From NCBI GenBank assembly GCA_051294905.1, contig CM119374.1:19654001-19718000 (forward strand): a stretch of DNA of 64,000 nt, written 5' to 3'. The DNA is from Botryllus schlosseri (lineage: Eukaryota). Positions 28,701-43,465 of the stretch are shown here, one piece after another (within the stretch, counting starts at the first letter, position 1; every line of letters begins with the position of its first letter). The notes beneath the pieces are model-generated. The model saw nothing but the letters and a program-made list of their open reading frames with translations. It was not told the DNA's origin and searched no databases. The translations under genes and the position numbers were made by a program.

Positions 28701-30789
28701 TTTCATCTTCTAAATCGTCACATCAGGCTTTCCCCAACGTTGTCTTCAGACGCTAGTTCTGCTGATCTTTCCCGGCGATCGGTGTCGCAAAGTACCAGCC
28801 TGCCGAATTGCGAAACGACGGGAATATGGTTTCAATGTTGCAAGACCTTCCCGCCTGCAAATGTGTACGTAGCACCTCTTGTGCCGACAGATAAGGTTCA
28901 AGACGTAATAGGTGTCACGTACTACACAGGATATCCCACCGATACACGTTTGAAACGGCGCGTTATGATTAAATCAAAACGAGTGAGTTATTAGTAGCAA
29001 AGTTCGCTCGGAGCCATCACTGCTCGTTTTGTGGAAAAACGTGATGTTTTGCTGGATTCTAAAAATGTGACACGAATTCTATACGCAGAGGTCGACGGGT
29101 CATTTAATACTAAATGAAGCTGTTTTGTGAAATGAACTAAATCCACAGAAGCATAACAAACAATAACGAATCCTCATGTACCAGAGTTGTTGGAGTCACG
29201 TCTGAACCAATAGCACACACATTTGAACTTGACAGACCGTGGTATCTCGAGTACAACAAACTTCACATAACATATATTCGTGGTGTGGCTAATGTCCGTA
29301 GCTTCTGAATGTACTGTACATATGATTGATTTTAGAGGAGATTGCGGATTAACAGATTTTGTGATCTGATGTCTCGCTAGCAAATGTACCATGTAATCGG
29401 ATCTAAAATCATTCTAACTAGAATATATCATGATATATATCAAAAGTACGCTCTTACGATATGCTGATTTGTATTTCCTCCGTTTTCCCGTGACCTATTT
29501 CTGGAAGTAAGCAAAATGTCGAAAATTTCAATACCCGACTCTGTACAGCTATCCGGTTACCCATTTTAATATGCAGAAATTTAAATTGTTAAGCGCCGGA
29601 TTTATGAAAAAACGATCAGTACGCCGATCTATTTCTGTCATCCGCAAAGGAATTTTAGAGTCAAAATATATCTTTAATTCTATATTGGTGTTGTCGGCGC
29701 TGGGCGGTATCAGGCAGAACTATAATATACCTACTCATAATTACGAAGGATTGACGTATGCCAATTGAAATTCGAGTTGCTATAACATACCGACGAATGT
29801 GAAATTCAAGCAACGCGAGATTTTTAGAAGATGATACGCGAGATTGCAACGAGCCTACGACAGATGTCCTATTTCTCGATTGGAATTTCCGAGGATGATA
29901 TTGTCAATCCGCTTTTACGTCTACGGATTTGCACGCAATTGACGCGTCGCGACGTCGCAACGAACGAGGTGCGTCACCCTACTCACGTTCGTTACCGCGT
30001 CGTAATAAGGTTAAGTCAATTTGCATTCTTTCCTTCAATTTTACACTTTCCGCCGCGGAACGTTATTGGATGATAGAGAAAATGTCATGAGACTTTTGTC
30101 GATTCGATTACACTAATTTCGCCAACCATCAGTCTCGCGCGAAATTTAGTCCGGTGACATTTCGACATCTCTTCCCTTTCTCAATTTTCCCGGTCCGCAT
30201 GGGATTGATTTTAATATCGCGTGCCAAATATGAGCGGAAGCCCACTGGTAGCATATTGGCTTTCATGCAAAGTTTCTCCTGAGCCGTACGTCAATGCGTG
30301 CGCCGATTATATGTATTATTTTAACCCAATTTTGCGATTGCCGTCTACAGACGATCAAAGGCCAACGTAAGGAACGTAATTGCGTCATTTCCGATTCATA
30401 GCGTCCGTGTCGACTATCCGTTTACGATGCGGAAAAGTCAATATGTATGTGATTAAATTTGCTCTATTGCTCTACTTGCAAGGATATAATTGTACTTTTC
30501 GTACGGCATTGCTCAAGTCGCGACCGCAAACTACTTATTGGTAGCATGATTATTTCCTCAAAGATTATTAGTAGGCCTAGAGCAGTGGTTCTCAACCGCC
30601 GGTCCGCGACGACTTTCCAGCCGGTCCGTGAGGTATTTTGCAATTTTATACCTAATTTTGCGCCGTTCAGCGCCACTGAATGTCTTGAAAGTCTTGATTA
30701 TTAGGCGTCCTTCCACCCAAGAAATACTCATGAATTATTGAAATAAGCATTTCGGCGTCAGGCCATACCCCATCACCCTCACCCCACCA

Positions 30790-32696
30790 CATTATGCCAC
30801 AATGCTGAAGTACATGCTGACTTTTTAGTCACCAAATGTATCAACTGGAGCAATCAAATGATATAATATTCCCATAAAATCAATCTTCAATCACTTTGCC
30901 AACAATTTCGACGAGGTCTAGCATAGGGTTGCCATTTCCCGGACATGTCCGGAATTTCACTGTAAAAACTGCGTCCGGGAGGAAATTCTAAAATATGCCT
31001 AAAGGTCCGGAATTTTGAAGGTTTGATGTAGGCTCAAAATTTTTTCGTAAATCAACATGAATAATATTATTTTCAAGCAGATTTATGCCAACGCCATGCG
31101 CGCGATTTAATACAACGTACATTATTAATATTAATATGGTCACCACGCACAGCCCTCGCAAACATGCAATCGAAAATAAATATAAAATAACCATCATTTA
31201 CTGAAATAAGTGTAATTGTATTAGCAATTATAAGATAACGGTAGGTTCCTGGAGTTGGTCAAGGACGTTTGGGGCTTTAGTCAAGGACAATTGTTCTAAA
31301 CCTGGGGGTCGTTTGCTTTTATTCTGGGGCTAGAAGATGTTGGACGTCATCCGCTTCCTAAATAGGCCTTGAATAAGTCTGGGCAAGCTGACTTATTTTA
31401 TTTATCAGCCTATAATTTCTTGAACTGAACCACGGAACATTTTTAAATTGGAAATGAATTCGCGGCCATAAAAGGTTGGAAATCACCGGATGTCAAATCT
31501 ACTGTTGTATTTTATCGTAATATATGGAAGAGCCAATATTATTAACAGAATTCGTTCACAAATTTTAACAAGCAGATGAACATAGTAAAGACCGCAAGAA
31601 GTTGCGTCGATTACCCTATGTTGCTGGGCCCAAGATTTGTGCGGAAGGGGACTGAAAAAATGTTGTTTCGGACCATGGTTACAACACACAGCCAGATAAC
31701 CGCATCGACCAAACAGTATATAGTGGGGATGTCAAGCACATAACCGGCGGACTGGATAAGGTCCACAGACGATTTCATCTAGCCCGTGAATTTATTGCAG
31801 ACCAAAGCAATCACCAGAGCTCATATTAGAGATAGCCCAATTCAAAACCTATGTTCTTCTCAACTCCTGTATACATTCGATAGGCGAAGCTTTTCTAGTG
31901 TGACGTCATAATAACTGACAATGCATTTACGCCTCACTGTACTCTCTGCTAGTGGGCGCTAAAGAGTGTCCGGAATTTACTTCATCAAAATATGGTAACT
32001 CTAGTCTAGCACGGGAATACAAGCTTACGCCTTAACGATATGTGCCAGACTGGACAATGTATTCGGCGTCTGACTATTGTTATATTGATATTGAGCTGAA
32101 TGTAAAACGGGTTTGTATACTTGCTTCCGACACTACCCCCATCAACACGTTATGCAGTGGCCAGCACCCCAATCGCACGGATTTGGTTTTTATGATACAA
32201 TAAACATATAAAATCAAGATGGATCCCGAACGCTTGTTAGATTTTTTACAGCAGACAGCGATGTATTCTTTATATCAATTTTATTGACTGGTGGAATGAA
32301 GCATGATTCGCTATCCACCTATATAGCGTATTTCGCTCTTGATGTTGTGCAATTGCGGGTCAAGCTCAAAGTAGAGAGTCAGTAATATCCACAAACGGAA
32401 AGCTGGATATTTCGAGTAAGTTATTGTAACAAAGCAAGTAAAATATTTGAAATTGGCAAAGGTGCATGTTCGATTAGTGTTGATTTTTTTAAATATTACC
32501 AGCGTCATGCATAGTGACCCGAAGTTGAAAAGCAAAGAATTTCAACCAATGACGTTAAAGATGTGAAAAATTGTAATATATGAAAAAGGTTGACAGTGCA
32601 GAACCTACGAAGGTTCGTTTGTGAACGTGAACCTCTAAATTTCTGAGGTGGACACACAGACCGCGAACGTTAATCTTACCGTTCACACCATCCCTA
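30790..32696 (+). mobile_element. Left-truncated copy of the TAGGGATGGTG family, split by an insertion
   Basis: 30790-30923 plus 32004-32696 align collinearly with about 43650-44448, ending in GTTCACACCATCCCTA. Confidence 0.85.
30924..32003. mobile_element. hAT-like non-autonomous element (innermost insertion)
   Basis: Termini TAGGGTTGCCA / TGGTAACTCTA (9/11). Perfect 8-bp TSD gtctagca (30916-30923 and 32004-32011). The empty site is visible in the sister copy at 43784-43791. Confidence 0.9.
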
Positions 32697-35600
32697 ATTC
32701 ATAGAATATATCCAGAGTAACCAACGACTGATGGTATTGGGCAATGAGCAAGGTAGCACAAGGTGCTTGGTTTGACTCCGAAACGCTTGTTCTCTCGATA
32801 TTGTTGAAGAGAATATTAATATTCGAGTTAGCGTGGTCGGTTAAATCCATGACCTTCGGTGCGAAAAAACTGTAAACGACTCTCGGCGTTAGCACGTTTA
32901 TCTTGGCAAGGCAATTTTACCTCGACTCAACAGTCTCACCACGGTAAAATCTCATGGATGCCATCATGAACATAATTAATTACGATCAAAACCCTCAAAA
33001 TTTCACTCTCTAGCACAGAGGTCTCAAACACGCTGCCCGCGGGCCGCATGCTCCATATACCTGCATAAAACAGTTGCATACGGCACGCTTTGAGTTGATT
33101 TCCATTTTTGAAAGTCCACCGGTCCGCCGAATATTTTTTGAAATTTTACCGGTCCGCGAGGTGAAAAAGGATGAGAACCACTGGCCTAGAGTCTAAAAAT
33201 GAATATTCAAGTAAATGTCTCTTCTTTCTCTATACTACTTATAAAGCCCGTCCATTACGAATGTACTATATCGATAGAGTTTAATGGTGGTGATGAGAGA
33301 AACTGTCCCATTCCTGTCTCTAAAGACAGTGTCTGGCAAGTTTTATGGCGGACCGATGCCGTTCCGCGAGAGGTATACGTATATACTTTTGGGGATTAAG
33401 TAAAGGCCCAATTATAGTGATCAAGATCAGATCGAATCCATACAGAAGATCCATGATCGAATATCCCTCATTTTTTGAGTCCATAGCAGCCTGTAGTTAA
33501 TTTTAAATACAATGATTATACCCCGGTTCGGATGTAAGACTTGCTGGAATACCAAGACCTTGCCGTAAAAGCATAAACAACCTTGCTGCCGTTTGCGACA
33601 CCCTACTATGTGGGTCCAGATTTTATGTCATGACAGCAACACAGACGACACCGCGAAACAAATTCGACGTGAAAGATACATTGCGCGTGTCATTGATTTT
33701 TATAATTCGGAGCGTCTATGGTGCAGTCCCATCAAAGTAAGCTCAAGTCCTGCAACAAATTTTTATTGTTGAACATTTGTGATTGTTAAAGACCGGTAAG
33801 CGAGAGATATTTCATTTTGAGGACGGTCCGCAGACCGAAAAAAGGTGACGGACGTCCGTCTAAAGATATCACAGCTATAGCCAAACTAATTTCTAAATTA
33901 CACCTTTTCTCCTGTGTATTGACTTATGGTATGTACCCGGACATCCACATCCCAGTTTTGTAAGCGCTATTCGATACAACCAGGTACTTTTGAAACCAGT
34001 CATCATGTAGTTCTCGACTCAAAATAAATTTTTCGTCTTCACTAATCACTACTTTTACGTATATACTATGCGTACATATCAGGGTATGCGTCTACACGAG
34101 TCACGCCATCAACTAGTTAATTACTTCCGAAGGTAATTATCATATACAGTACACTTCGCTCTCTCAACAGGCCAATTTCAGGACTCATTCACGTGCGTCA
34201 AGCAACACTCCTTTGCGTAATATCTAAATTTTGCGGTCGAAGTATAATAAGATACTTGGTTATGTTATAGATGTGTCTGCTACGTAAGACTCATCTAACG
34301 TAGTGCTACTTGGTGTTGTGTAGTCGCATTGCGATACCTAACCCTGACATTAAGGTACGAAAGTCGTGTATCCGTTCCTAGACTCTAGTTACCCGAGTCT
34401 ACTAGACAAGCACCAGGTCATCTCATTGCAATATAAGTAGCTGTCGATTGTAGAAATATACAGACATCTGAATAGAATATAATTTGTGCAGTTGTTATGG
34501 GGCTCGATTTTGAATGTACAACCAGTGTACCGATCAAGTGATCAAGTATTTTCAATGTAACTGATGGTATTCAATTGTCAATGTCAGTTCATTATGACGT
34601 CACAATTGAATATTCGTGACGTCATGGCTTGAAAAAAAACAATAAAAAACATGTTTTTAATTAGGGCCTTTTTTTAAACATGTTTGTTTTTAATTGATTT
34701 TTGTTTTAAATGCTACCCTAACTAGCATGTATTGATAGAAACCGCGCAAGGTTCAATTCCTTAGTGTGAGCAGACTGTGAGGTTATGGAATAGCATTTTA
34801 ATGGTGATTTAAAGCATGACAGGTGACAGCACCTTGACTTCTACGAAAATCGGTGATTCTTTTGAAAAGCTCAAGAAATATACGGTGTGCGCGGTGTTTG
34901 ACCATTACACTAGTTCCGGCGGCTATCTTACATTCACAGTCGACCCCCACAACGACTGTAAGAATTGTAACCTATACTGCTACAATCCACAGCTAGTAAC
35001 AACTGCAATGAAATGATCCGGTACTAGTCCACTAGACGAATTTATTACCTTGATATTGGCGCTCACTCACGCAATACGGCTATACAATATCAAGTATTTC
35101 TACGTAATTTTGTTCTAAAAAGTCCCAACCAATTACGGGTCAGGTGCATTTAACATGCAGCCAAGTTTGAAATTAGTTTCCCGCATTATTTTGATACGTT
35201 TACAAATTACGACCCTGAAGCGAAAATTTAAAATGAGAGCTTCACCATAAACACAGACGCAGAAGAATCGGTCGTCGGTATGTGCAAATCACGTGACCGA
35301 AGTCCTTCAAATAGCATATTGCAGGCAGTAATTCCCGGGTCTTTAAGGTCAGGCGGATTGTTTCGCATATGGTGATTGTCATTTGGTTGTTCCTATTAGC
35401 GTGGATCTCTTTAAACTTTTAAACTTTCTCTTCAACAGTTTTTAGTCAATGCATCCAGTTTTCTCGAGTATAAAGTATCTTCTTTATTGAGGTGCATAAT
35501 ACGTCATAACGTGCATAGATCAGTGATATCGTCATAAACCACTGTTAATTGTGTACAAGATATCCGTGGAATTTCGGTCACGGAACGTAGTATCGAAATA

Positions 35601-38600
35601 ACATTTTTTCATCGTGTGGAAAATGTAACGAGCTATGAGTTAAAGAGTAGGCGTAAACAAATATCTTCATATTATTTTTGCTCGGAGTATCGTGAATGTG
35701 ACGTACCTACGCCACACAAAACTATTGACATGAACTTGAAAGTCTGTATCTAACTTGAAATCCAGCCAATTTAAGAGATATCTAACGCTTCATATCATTC
35801 GGGGACAGATTTTTTCACATTTTGCGACGTTAGCAGCATCAGCACTCTCGTCGCTATCTAATTATCAGGGTTTAAGCGAATGACGTTCATACAAGTTAGA
35901 CGTATTTGCCCATTAAGATGAGTATCACGGATACTGCAGCAATTACAAATTATAGGCACCCTCTGGAACAATCGTTGTGGTTAGAATCATTTTATCATTT
36001 TCGCCGGCGATACGATCCAGCGTCGCGCATATATAGTTACCATCTCAACAATTCAGAACAATTTTCCGCTTCTACATTTTTTCATATAATGAGTCTTAAG
36101 ATTCCAGTTTAATATACGTGATATTATAATCTGCAGTTTATAGATTTAACTATGGCTACACATTAAGGATGTGACTCAATCATTCAGTAGTTCAGCGTGA
36201 CTGTCGCCAGTAGGTTCTCGAAACGTAGGTAAGTGATTATATCGACGTCCCATCGTCATCGTTCTATCAGGGCGTGTATCTGATATTTATGCGTCATATA
36301 GAAAGAGTTCATATTAAATGGTAACTCTAATTCCGGATATTACTACTTTTATAGCCCTTTCACTGAGGACTACGAAAAAATAGTTTCCATGATGCATTGT
36401 TCTACGTTCTGATAAATATGTTAATAATAGAGAATTAAACTGTCCGAAAATTGGTCTATAATACATCTGACTCGTGCGTGTTATAATTCTTTGTTACAAA
36501 CTTAGACATACAATTCCATAACGTTATAAGATACTTTACCTAAAACTATTCCGATGGAAATTACAGCAGTCGCGCTGTTTTAACCAATGTGCATAAAACA
36601 ATTGCGGAACGGAGATACAAAAGCCAAACATCAAATGTATATATGTCTGGTGATTATTCGAATTGGTTGACATGCATCTATTCCAAACTTTAAGGTTTTC
36701 TACAACTTTATTTTCTATCGCCATCCCTTTTTGCCGGTTGGTTACGTAAATTTATTCGAAAAATCATTGTCTGTGTTAGGGAATTCCCTGTTACCATATA
36801 CCGTTTGTGTTTTTTGAGTGAAATATTCTCTTTCTCTCTTACCGAAGTTGCGAATTATGTCTATGATAACCTACGTGGGCCATTACGAAATATCCATACT
36901 TTTAAACAAACCAATAAATCTGAGAGATATACCGCTTTGTACGAAATATGTTGCAAACACGGAGTCACTGCTAATTTACATATCCAAATCTGTTTTGCGT
37001 TTCCATCAAGTTGGACGGCGCAACTACTCAATGCTCCGGTTTAGACCCCATCGTTTCGTTGAGTGCTGAGAATGTGAAGAGCAATCGACGTTGAAAGAAG
37101 AACGCATAAGTTGTGAAATTGAAAATTCCCGTTTGCTTAAATGTCATGACGGAAAGCACCAGTGCGAGAACAGATTGTTTCTATCTCCCTCGAAATATTC
37201 CGCCTATTATTGTACCAGTATGAGGCAGAGCATGCAGTAACCTGTTGACTTTCAGTACAACCGGACTCGCCAAGAGCATTCAATATTTACTATTATCCTA
37301 ATTTCAGAGCCGATTTGTTAAATGATCGGGAGAAAGTCACCTATGTTCTCCCGAGAGTGTTGCCCGAAAGTATTTCATTACCGAACGCTTACGTAATCGT
37401 TTAATTTACTGCTAGGGGTCGATGAGAATAACTTTTATTAGCTTTCGTAATGGCTTCTTTGAAGTCAAGTCACGATGGTTTTGCAAGTAATGGATCTTCA
37501 ATGAGGGAGAAGGACCCGTGAAATTACTTGTACGTCACTGAAACAATGTTTTCGGTGATCAAGATTGTGATGCGATTCCCTAACAGAGAAGCTTACTCCA
37601 CACATAAGCATTTGATTATGGTCGCCGTTATGATGTAAGTATATGTTAGTGGATTTATATTTTGCTCACTGAATCATCACGAAAAGCCGGCCAGTTTTGA
37701 TATTTCATGCTCTAATTCGGGTTACGTCACACACAATGCCCGCGTATGACGTTGTAATTTGATGTATTTAGGGAATGTCCAGACACTTTGGACCCTTACG
37801 GTTGCCTAGGTTTCATGGGTACTGTTTTAGCGACCGCCGAAAATAGTAAGATATAGAGAATTCCGGTTTCGAAGGATGTAATCATCGTAAAGGATTTGTC
37901 ATCCATTTGTAACTACACACTTAAGCTTCGTGTCCTGTTGATGTTGTCCCATGCTCACACCCTGATACATCATAACGGATGCCGTCTGTTGTTGAATTGA
38001 AATACGCTTTCATCGCAGTTTTAAGTGTTGTGTTTGCTTTTGAGGTTTTATAGTTAAGTTTTCCGTGGAATATGGGGTTCCTGTGACTTTGATTCTTCTT
38101 ATACCAAAAGATACTGATTTAAAAATCACAGCGATCAACTAAACGCATAATCCAGCGAGGAAACGTGGCTCTCGCATAACTTGTGACACACTTACGAAAT
38201 ATTTTCAATGTGGAATTCCGCCGTGCCAATCTGCGCGCGGATTCTTTCGCGATACAGAACTTTCGATAACCATCACCACCGATCATCTGTCATTATGGGT
38301 ATTTGTTCGATTTTCTATCATAGCCGTGTCGTGATGTCATGCAACTGATACGCTGGGTTTATCGTAGTAAATTTTCGTTTTCGATAGATTCTTTCTCCCA
38401 TACGAGGCGTGTCGGGATATATCTGGCCACTATATTAGATTGCTGCAAAATTTTTACTCTTTCCGGGGATATGACCCTTGTCCAGAGCATGGTCAACCTA
38501 CAAGTAGTATATACATTTGTGAAGCACACCCTATAGATATGGGTACACACACGGAGCAAAAACTGTATATTAACTTTGTCAACGTTCTTGAAGATTCCCG

Positions 38601-41600
38601 ATTTTTAAGAGGTGGAAAGATATTGTTGCTTCATCGAATTTTATAATTTTCAAAATCCCGTTGTCATCATGGTTGCTTGTAAGGTCGCTACACTGGTTTT
38701 CAGATTTGTTTCTATCCCTGAACCGCAACAACACAGCTTGCAGGACGTAGCCAGCTAGGACTATACGCGTAAAGGATGCCGAGACGACATCTGCCGGACA
38801 GTGGTAGACTGAACTCTTCCCGAGATGAAATTCCACTCCGACAAAGCCGAGATAATCCGACACTTCATGCGCCTGCTGGAGTGACTAATCCCAAGTGCAA
38901 TCCCCTATCAGAATACTGTGTAGCTTTAAATCCATATTTAACCATAGAAAATCCAAACATTTGTATGAAGCAACTGTTTTCCAGGTTCAATTCTTGGAAA
39001 TATCCATGAATGTGCCGGTGTTTACACCATGGCGATAATTCACTAAAATCCAAAACTTCCTCAGAGGATCCTAAGACAACCGCAAAACAGTAGTTTGGAC
39101 ATTAAATAGCAGTGTCAACGGCAAGATTGGGAAGGTTCCAAGTGCACGCCGGATATAGTGCTCTATTCAGAGAAAGAAAGTATGAAATAGTAATAGCTTA
39201 CCGATATGATCCATTCCAAATATAGAACATGCTTGCAAACTCGAACAACAGCATATCGGAATAATTACAGTTCTTTCCATCTTAGCGGGGCTGTCGCGTT
39301 CGAAAACATCTCAGTGACATTAATACGAGGCGGGTTGTACTCACGCGACTCGGCGCTGCGAGTTCAACAGGGAGGTTTAACGCAGATCAAAGTAATGATC
39401 GGTTTTGTCTTCTGAGGTTTACGATGACTCAATTCTGTTGTTACACTCACATGGCGAGCGGCACGCATACGCGTGATCGGGGCTCACATCGGAGGAAATA
39501 CGTGAACGACAGAAATCGTTAGTATCAACCGCTGACAGCGACGCGAGCTGGATACCATCTACAAGTCTCCTGGTCATTATAACGCAATCAATATCATTCC
39601 GATGGCCGGTGTACGTGAGGGAATCGTGGGATGTGTCACATGCACAAACACGTTCAACTGTGCACTTGGTGGTGTAGTCTCGAAAACGCTTCTGGTATAA
39701 GCTGATCAACGTCGTTACATTACATTTATCGGGAGAGAGATGTTTGATTTAATTGCCACTGACCAGTGCGACGAGGATGCAGAAACCTATGTTATTACTA
39801 CTTCAAGATGCATATACAATACATCTATAATATGTGACATCTGTAGGATTGAGTTGTAGATAACAAACAGTTGTATGCAAATCATTTTCCTGATTTCCGT
39901 TGCTGTGTATCAGTAGAAGTAAATAGCATTGCTGCCACTCACGTGCAAGCCGAGTTCCTACTTCGGGTACCGTTCTTGCAAGTATTCAACTAAATCGTTT
40001 TCAAAGTAGCGTGGGACCGTTTGCCCAGACGAGCTTTTTTTCCAAACGCTCTCGAATTCTCTCATAATAACAAAGCGGTCCCATGCCTATATAGCACTGC
40101 AGAGGGGTGCAATTTGGGAGTATACTCTAAAAATATATTTTTTGAGGTCGTGAGGCACGGCCAGGTCTTAAATCCACATTCAGAAAATCCTTGATATAAA
40201 ATCTAAAAGTTTTACGGCACCGAATCATTTGCTGAACTTTGAAAATGTCATTGATTACTCTTTATTCCACTTTCGAAACCTACAGATCCGAATTAATCAA
40301 GTCCAAATTAGAATTTATGCTCAATTTCTCATATCTCTCCAGGATGGACCTAAGATGAACTTTCTCTTGAACTCGGGCTACTTTTCTTTAAATATCATTT
40401 CTGTCACATCTGCTGGAGCATCATAGTAATTTAAAGCTGATCTCCATAAAATGAGTAAGCAGCCATGTAAATGTCAGGTATGTGGTGGGTGGTAAATTAG
40501 AGGGTTGGACGTAACTTAGGGTATGTATGCAATAATACATGTTTGAAAAAGTTATCCTCGAAATCAGGGGTGCTACCTGCGACCTACTTTTCGCATGCCA
40601 ACGGTACCGATATCTATACAGATACGTACTGTCAGCGAAAGATTTTGGAATTGCCATCCTGCTGAGTAAAAAAACTATCGATTTTGCTCTGCTCTAATTT
40701 CGGGTTCGGTGCCATCAAATTGTAGTGATATTTTCTCAAAATTCGATGGATTGATGTTTATGTCGCCGGTTTCACCTGACTTATTACAAAGAAGGACTGC
40801 TTCGCGGACGACTGTAAATAGTTATCAGTATCATATGTGTACACTGTGCACTGTGAACTGTGCTACTATACTAAAAATCTATACAATATGCTTTAATGAA
40901 TGAAAGGCATATGTATATGTGACAAATGCGTTGTACAAAGAAAATATGCGGGATTTCACGCTAGTCTATTTAAATCTTTTTATGTTGATTTAATAATAAA
41001 AAGCTTTTTACTGACACTGGAATTACTCTGCCAGAGGTGACTATTTTTTCAACTAATCTAACGCGAAGGAATGAGTTGCATGTGGGCTGGTTGGGTAAAA
41101 TTTTCAAACCACTTTGTGAAAAACATTAAAAACAACAACAAAATACATGTTGCACACAAAAGCCTTGATTTCTCATTTAACGACAATCGTACATAAAAGC
41201 GTTACCGTTTGATCAACTTTCTTTAAAGCAATCATTTTCCACTTGAGAATTGAAAGTGTCGGTTGCCAGCAAAACCGCACGCGTAACGCATAATCATGAT
41301 CCGGCCAGGTGCTGTCGGCGATGTGTACATCGACACCATGATTTTGTATAAGCATTCGTTACCATCTTGATTAACGGTGATCACTCGAGTTTATGGGAAG
41401 TATGGAGAATGCAGAAATACCATCGAACAGTCCAGAACTCTGCTAGCTCATTATGTGACGTAAGTAGCAATGCCTCTACCGGTAGTATGACTATTCGAAT
41501 ATACTTGAATGAGGCACCGAAACATGCGAAATATGTCCCTGTCATAACTGTTCACTGAGGCAACACGCCCAAGCAAAATATCTGTCCGTAAATCCTTTGA

Positions 41601-42223
41601 TATTAATTCCAGTTAACGTATCGGCTCCTACGCAGAGTCACTTGTGTTTGAAGTGTATGTTGGTTTATCGGTGATGTGAAATAACTGATTTTAATTCGGA
41701 GTCACCGTGTGATTGCCGATATGACAATAATATCAACAATTCGAGTGTCCTATTTAATTCTTTACGGCTGTGTGATTCTTCCATGTTGCTGTGTTTGACG
41801 TACTGACGCATGCGGCAGGTTAACGCAAGCACAGTGCATAAGCGAGTAACAAATGACGCATTGTCAGTGCAAAGTCAGGCCCAATATTATGTTATGGGGC
41901 TATGACGCGCGTATTTGAGAGGTTAATAATCATATATCGAGATGTGTCAGCATGAATGTCCAAAACGCTCTACGCCATGCATTCCAGAACGTCCCAATGA
42001 TAAATGATGACCGACAGGTCTTGTGACTGTGACATGCTGTCTCCAATGACCAAGAGAGGTCGTGAAAGTAATGTCGAGGTGTGAACATCAATCGCTATAA
42101 TTATGGCACGTGCTTCGAGCTATTACGCTAATTCGGGCAATTGATTGGTAGCCACCGCAGGCGGCAGTAAAACTATAATTTTTCAATCTGGACTCGTACA
42201 TTAGTGGGTGGGTGGGTGTTAGA

Positions 42224-42656
42224 TAGGCTTACCATACGTCCTCTTTTAAGAGGATTTGTCCTCTTTTTTGACTTTTTTGAAAGTGTCCTCGGAGGACGCC
42301 CTTTTGTCCTCTTTTTTGAGATTTTGTCCTCTTTTTTAAAAATGTAGGTCAGATTTAGAGGAAATTGCGAGTGATATGCCGCAAATTAACGCAGAAGTGA
42401 AGCTCCGGCGGGTATTTCGGAGGGAAAAGCGGTGATTTTAGCTCTGAGCGAAAAGAAGACCTTTTTTTTTTTTTTAGTTATCCACCTGGCAATGTGAAGA
42501 GAAAAACGTTATTTTGAGCTCTGAGCGGAAGTGATGACCTTTTTTTTTCAGTGAACCGATCACGAAGTGGGAAAAATTTACCGGTTTTTGAGAATTCTTC
42601 TCAGAAATTTCTGAAAAAGTGTCCTCTTTTTACATTTCCAAAATATGGTAAGCCTA
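42224..42656. mobile_element. 433-bp hAT-like MITE with GTCCTC subterminal motifs
   Basis: Perfect 13-bp TIR TAGGCTTACCATA. Perfect 8-bp TSD gtgttaga. Confidence 0.92.
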
Positions 42657-43009
42657 GTGTTAGACAGATATCTATAGCCGATAATGACTCGCTCATTGAA
42701 ATAAATAATTTCCAGATCATTGACTGGATTTTTACAAAACGATGAAGCACAGTAAAGGGATAAAATACGAAGGGATAACCGAACTTACCTGACGGAGAAT
42801 TGTCGTGTTAGTAGACTCGCTTTTTCACGGTAAAGGCAAATTCTCGTGTGTTCCTCATGTAACAAATTGGGTTTTTCATACTTTATGGCACCGTATAGTC
42901 ATAATCGGCGGTTCTATTATGTGCATCCGCTCGAGACACGCAATATGAATGTGATGCAATCAGCACTTGAGAGGATTTCGAAACGATCCAGTATGGTCTC
43001 TCAATCCAA

Positions 43010-43245
43010 CATCCGCATCAGCCTAATGCCCGATGTAACAGTGTTCGATATTGTTTTTTAGTCGCCTTGCTGGATCTTTTCACCCGTCCTTCACTGGGTT
43101 TTTCTGATGGCTAAAGATGCCGTAAGAACAGCGGCGTGTAGGTGGGAGGGATAGCTAAACATTCGAGACTTCGATACGTGCTACTGCCGAGACTTAAACC
43201 CGGGTCTCTCTGGTCGACGGCTGTTCACAAACTGCGCCACCTCCC
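43010..43245 (-). mobile_element. Decayed tRNA-headed SINE-like element
   Basis: Minus-strand A-box-like TGGCGCAGTTTG (43239-43228) and decayed B-box GGTTTAAGTCT (43200-43190). The body is homologous to 18605-18765. Confidence 0.5.
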
Positions 43246-43465
43246 CCATGAGCACTGAGCAGCTTTTCGTTCTTCTTTTGTCTGTTAAAGTCAATGGGAC
43301 CTTCAGCCCGTTTTCCTTGTTCGTAATATGCCATATATTAAGAATACCACATCGCAGAATACACTTCATGTTTGTCGCTGTGTGGCATTACTCTTGTCCA
43401 GAGTTCAATTGTCATTTTCATTTCACTTTCGCACAAAACCGATACGACTGAAATAATATATTTTG

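Larger units (their letters stand above)
30583..33183. mobile_element. Charlie-type hAT non-autonomous element (outer shell of a nested stack)
   Basis: TIR CAGTGGTTCTCA / TGAGAACCACTG. Perfect 8-bp TSD gcctagag (30575-30582 and 33184-33191). Confidence 0.9.

Noticed and set aside
33246-33371. GGDERNC as an LDLa-like motif
   Set aside because: Lacks the other LDLa cysteines and the CDG..DC pattern.
43180-43245. tRNA gene
   Set aside because: A and B boxes are decayed, no cloverleaf can be built, and it is attached to a repeat body. Treated as a SINE head.
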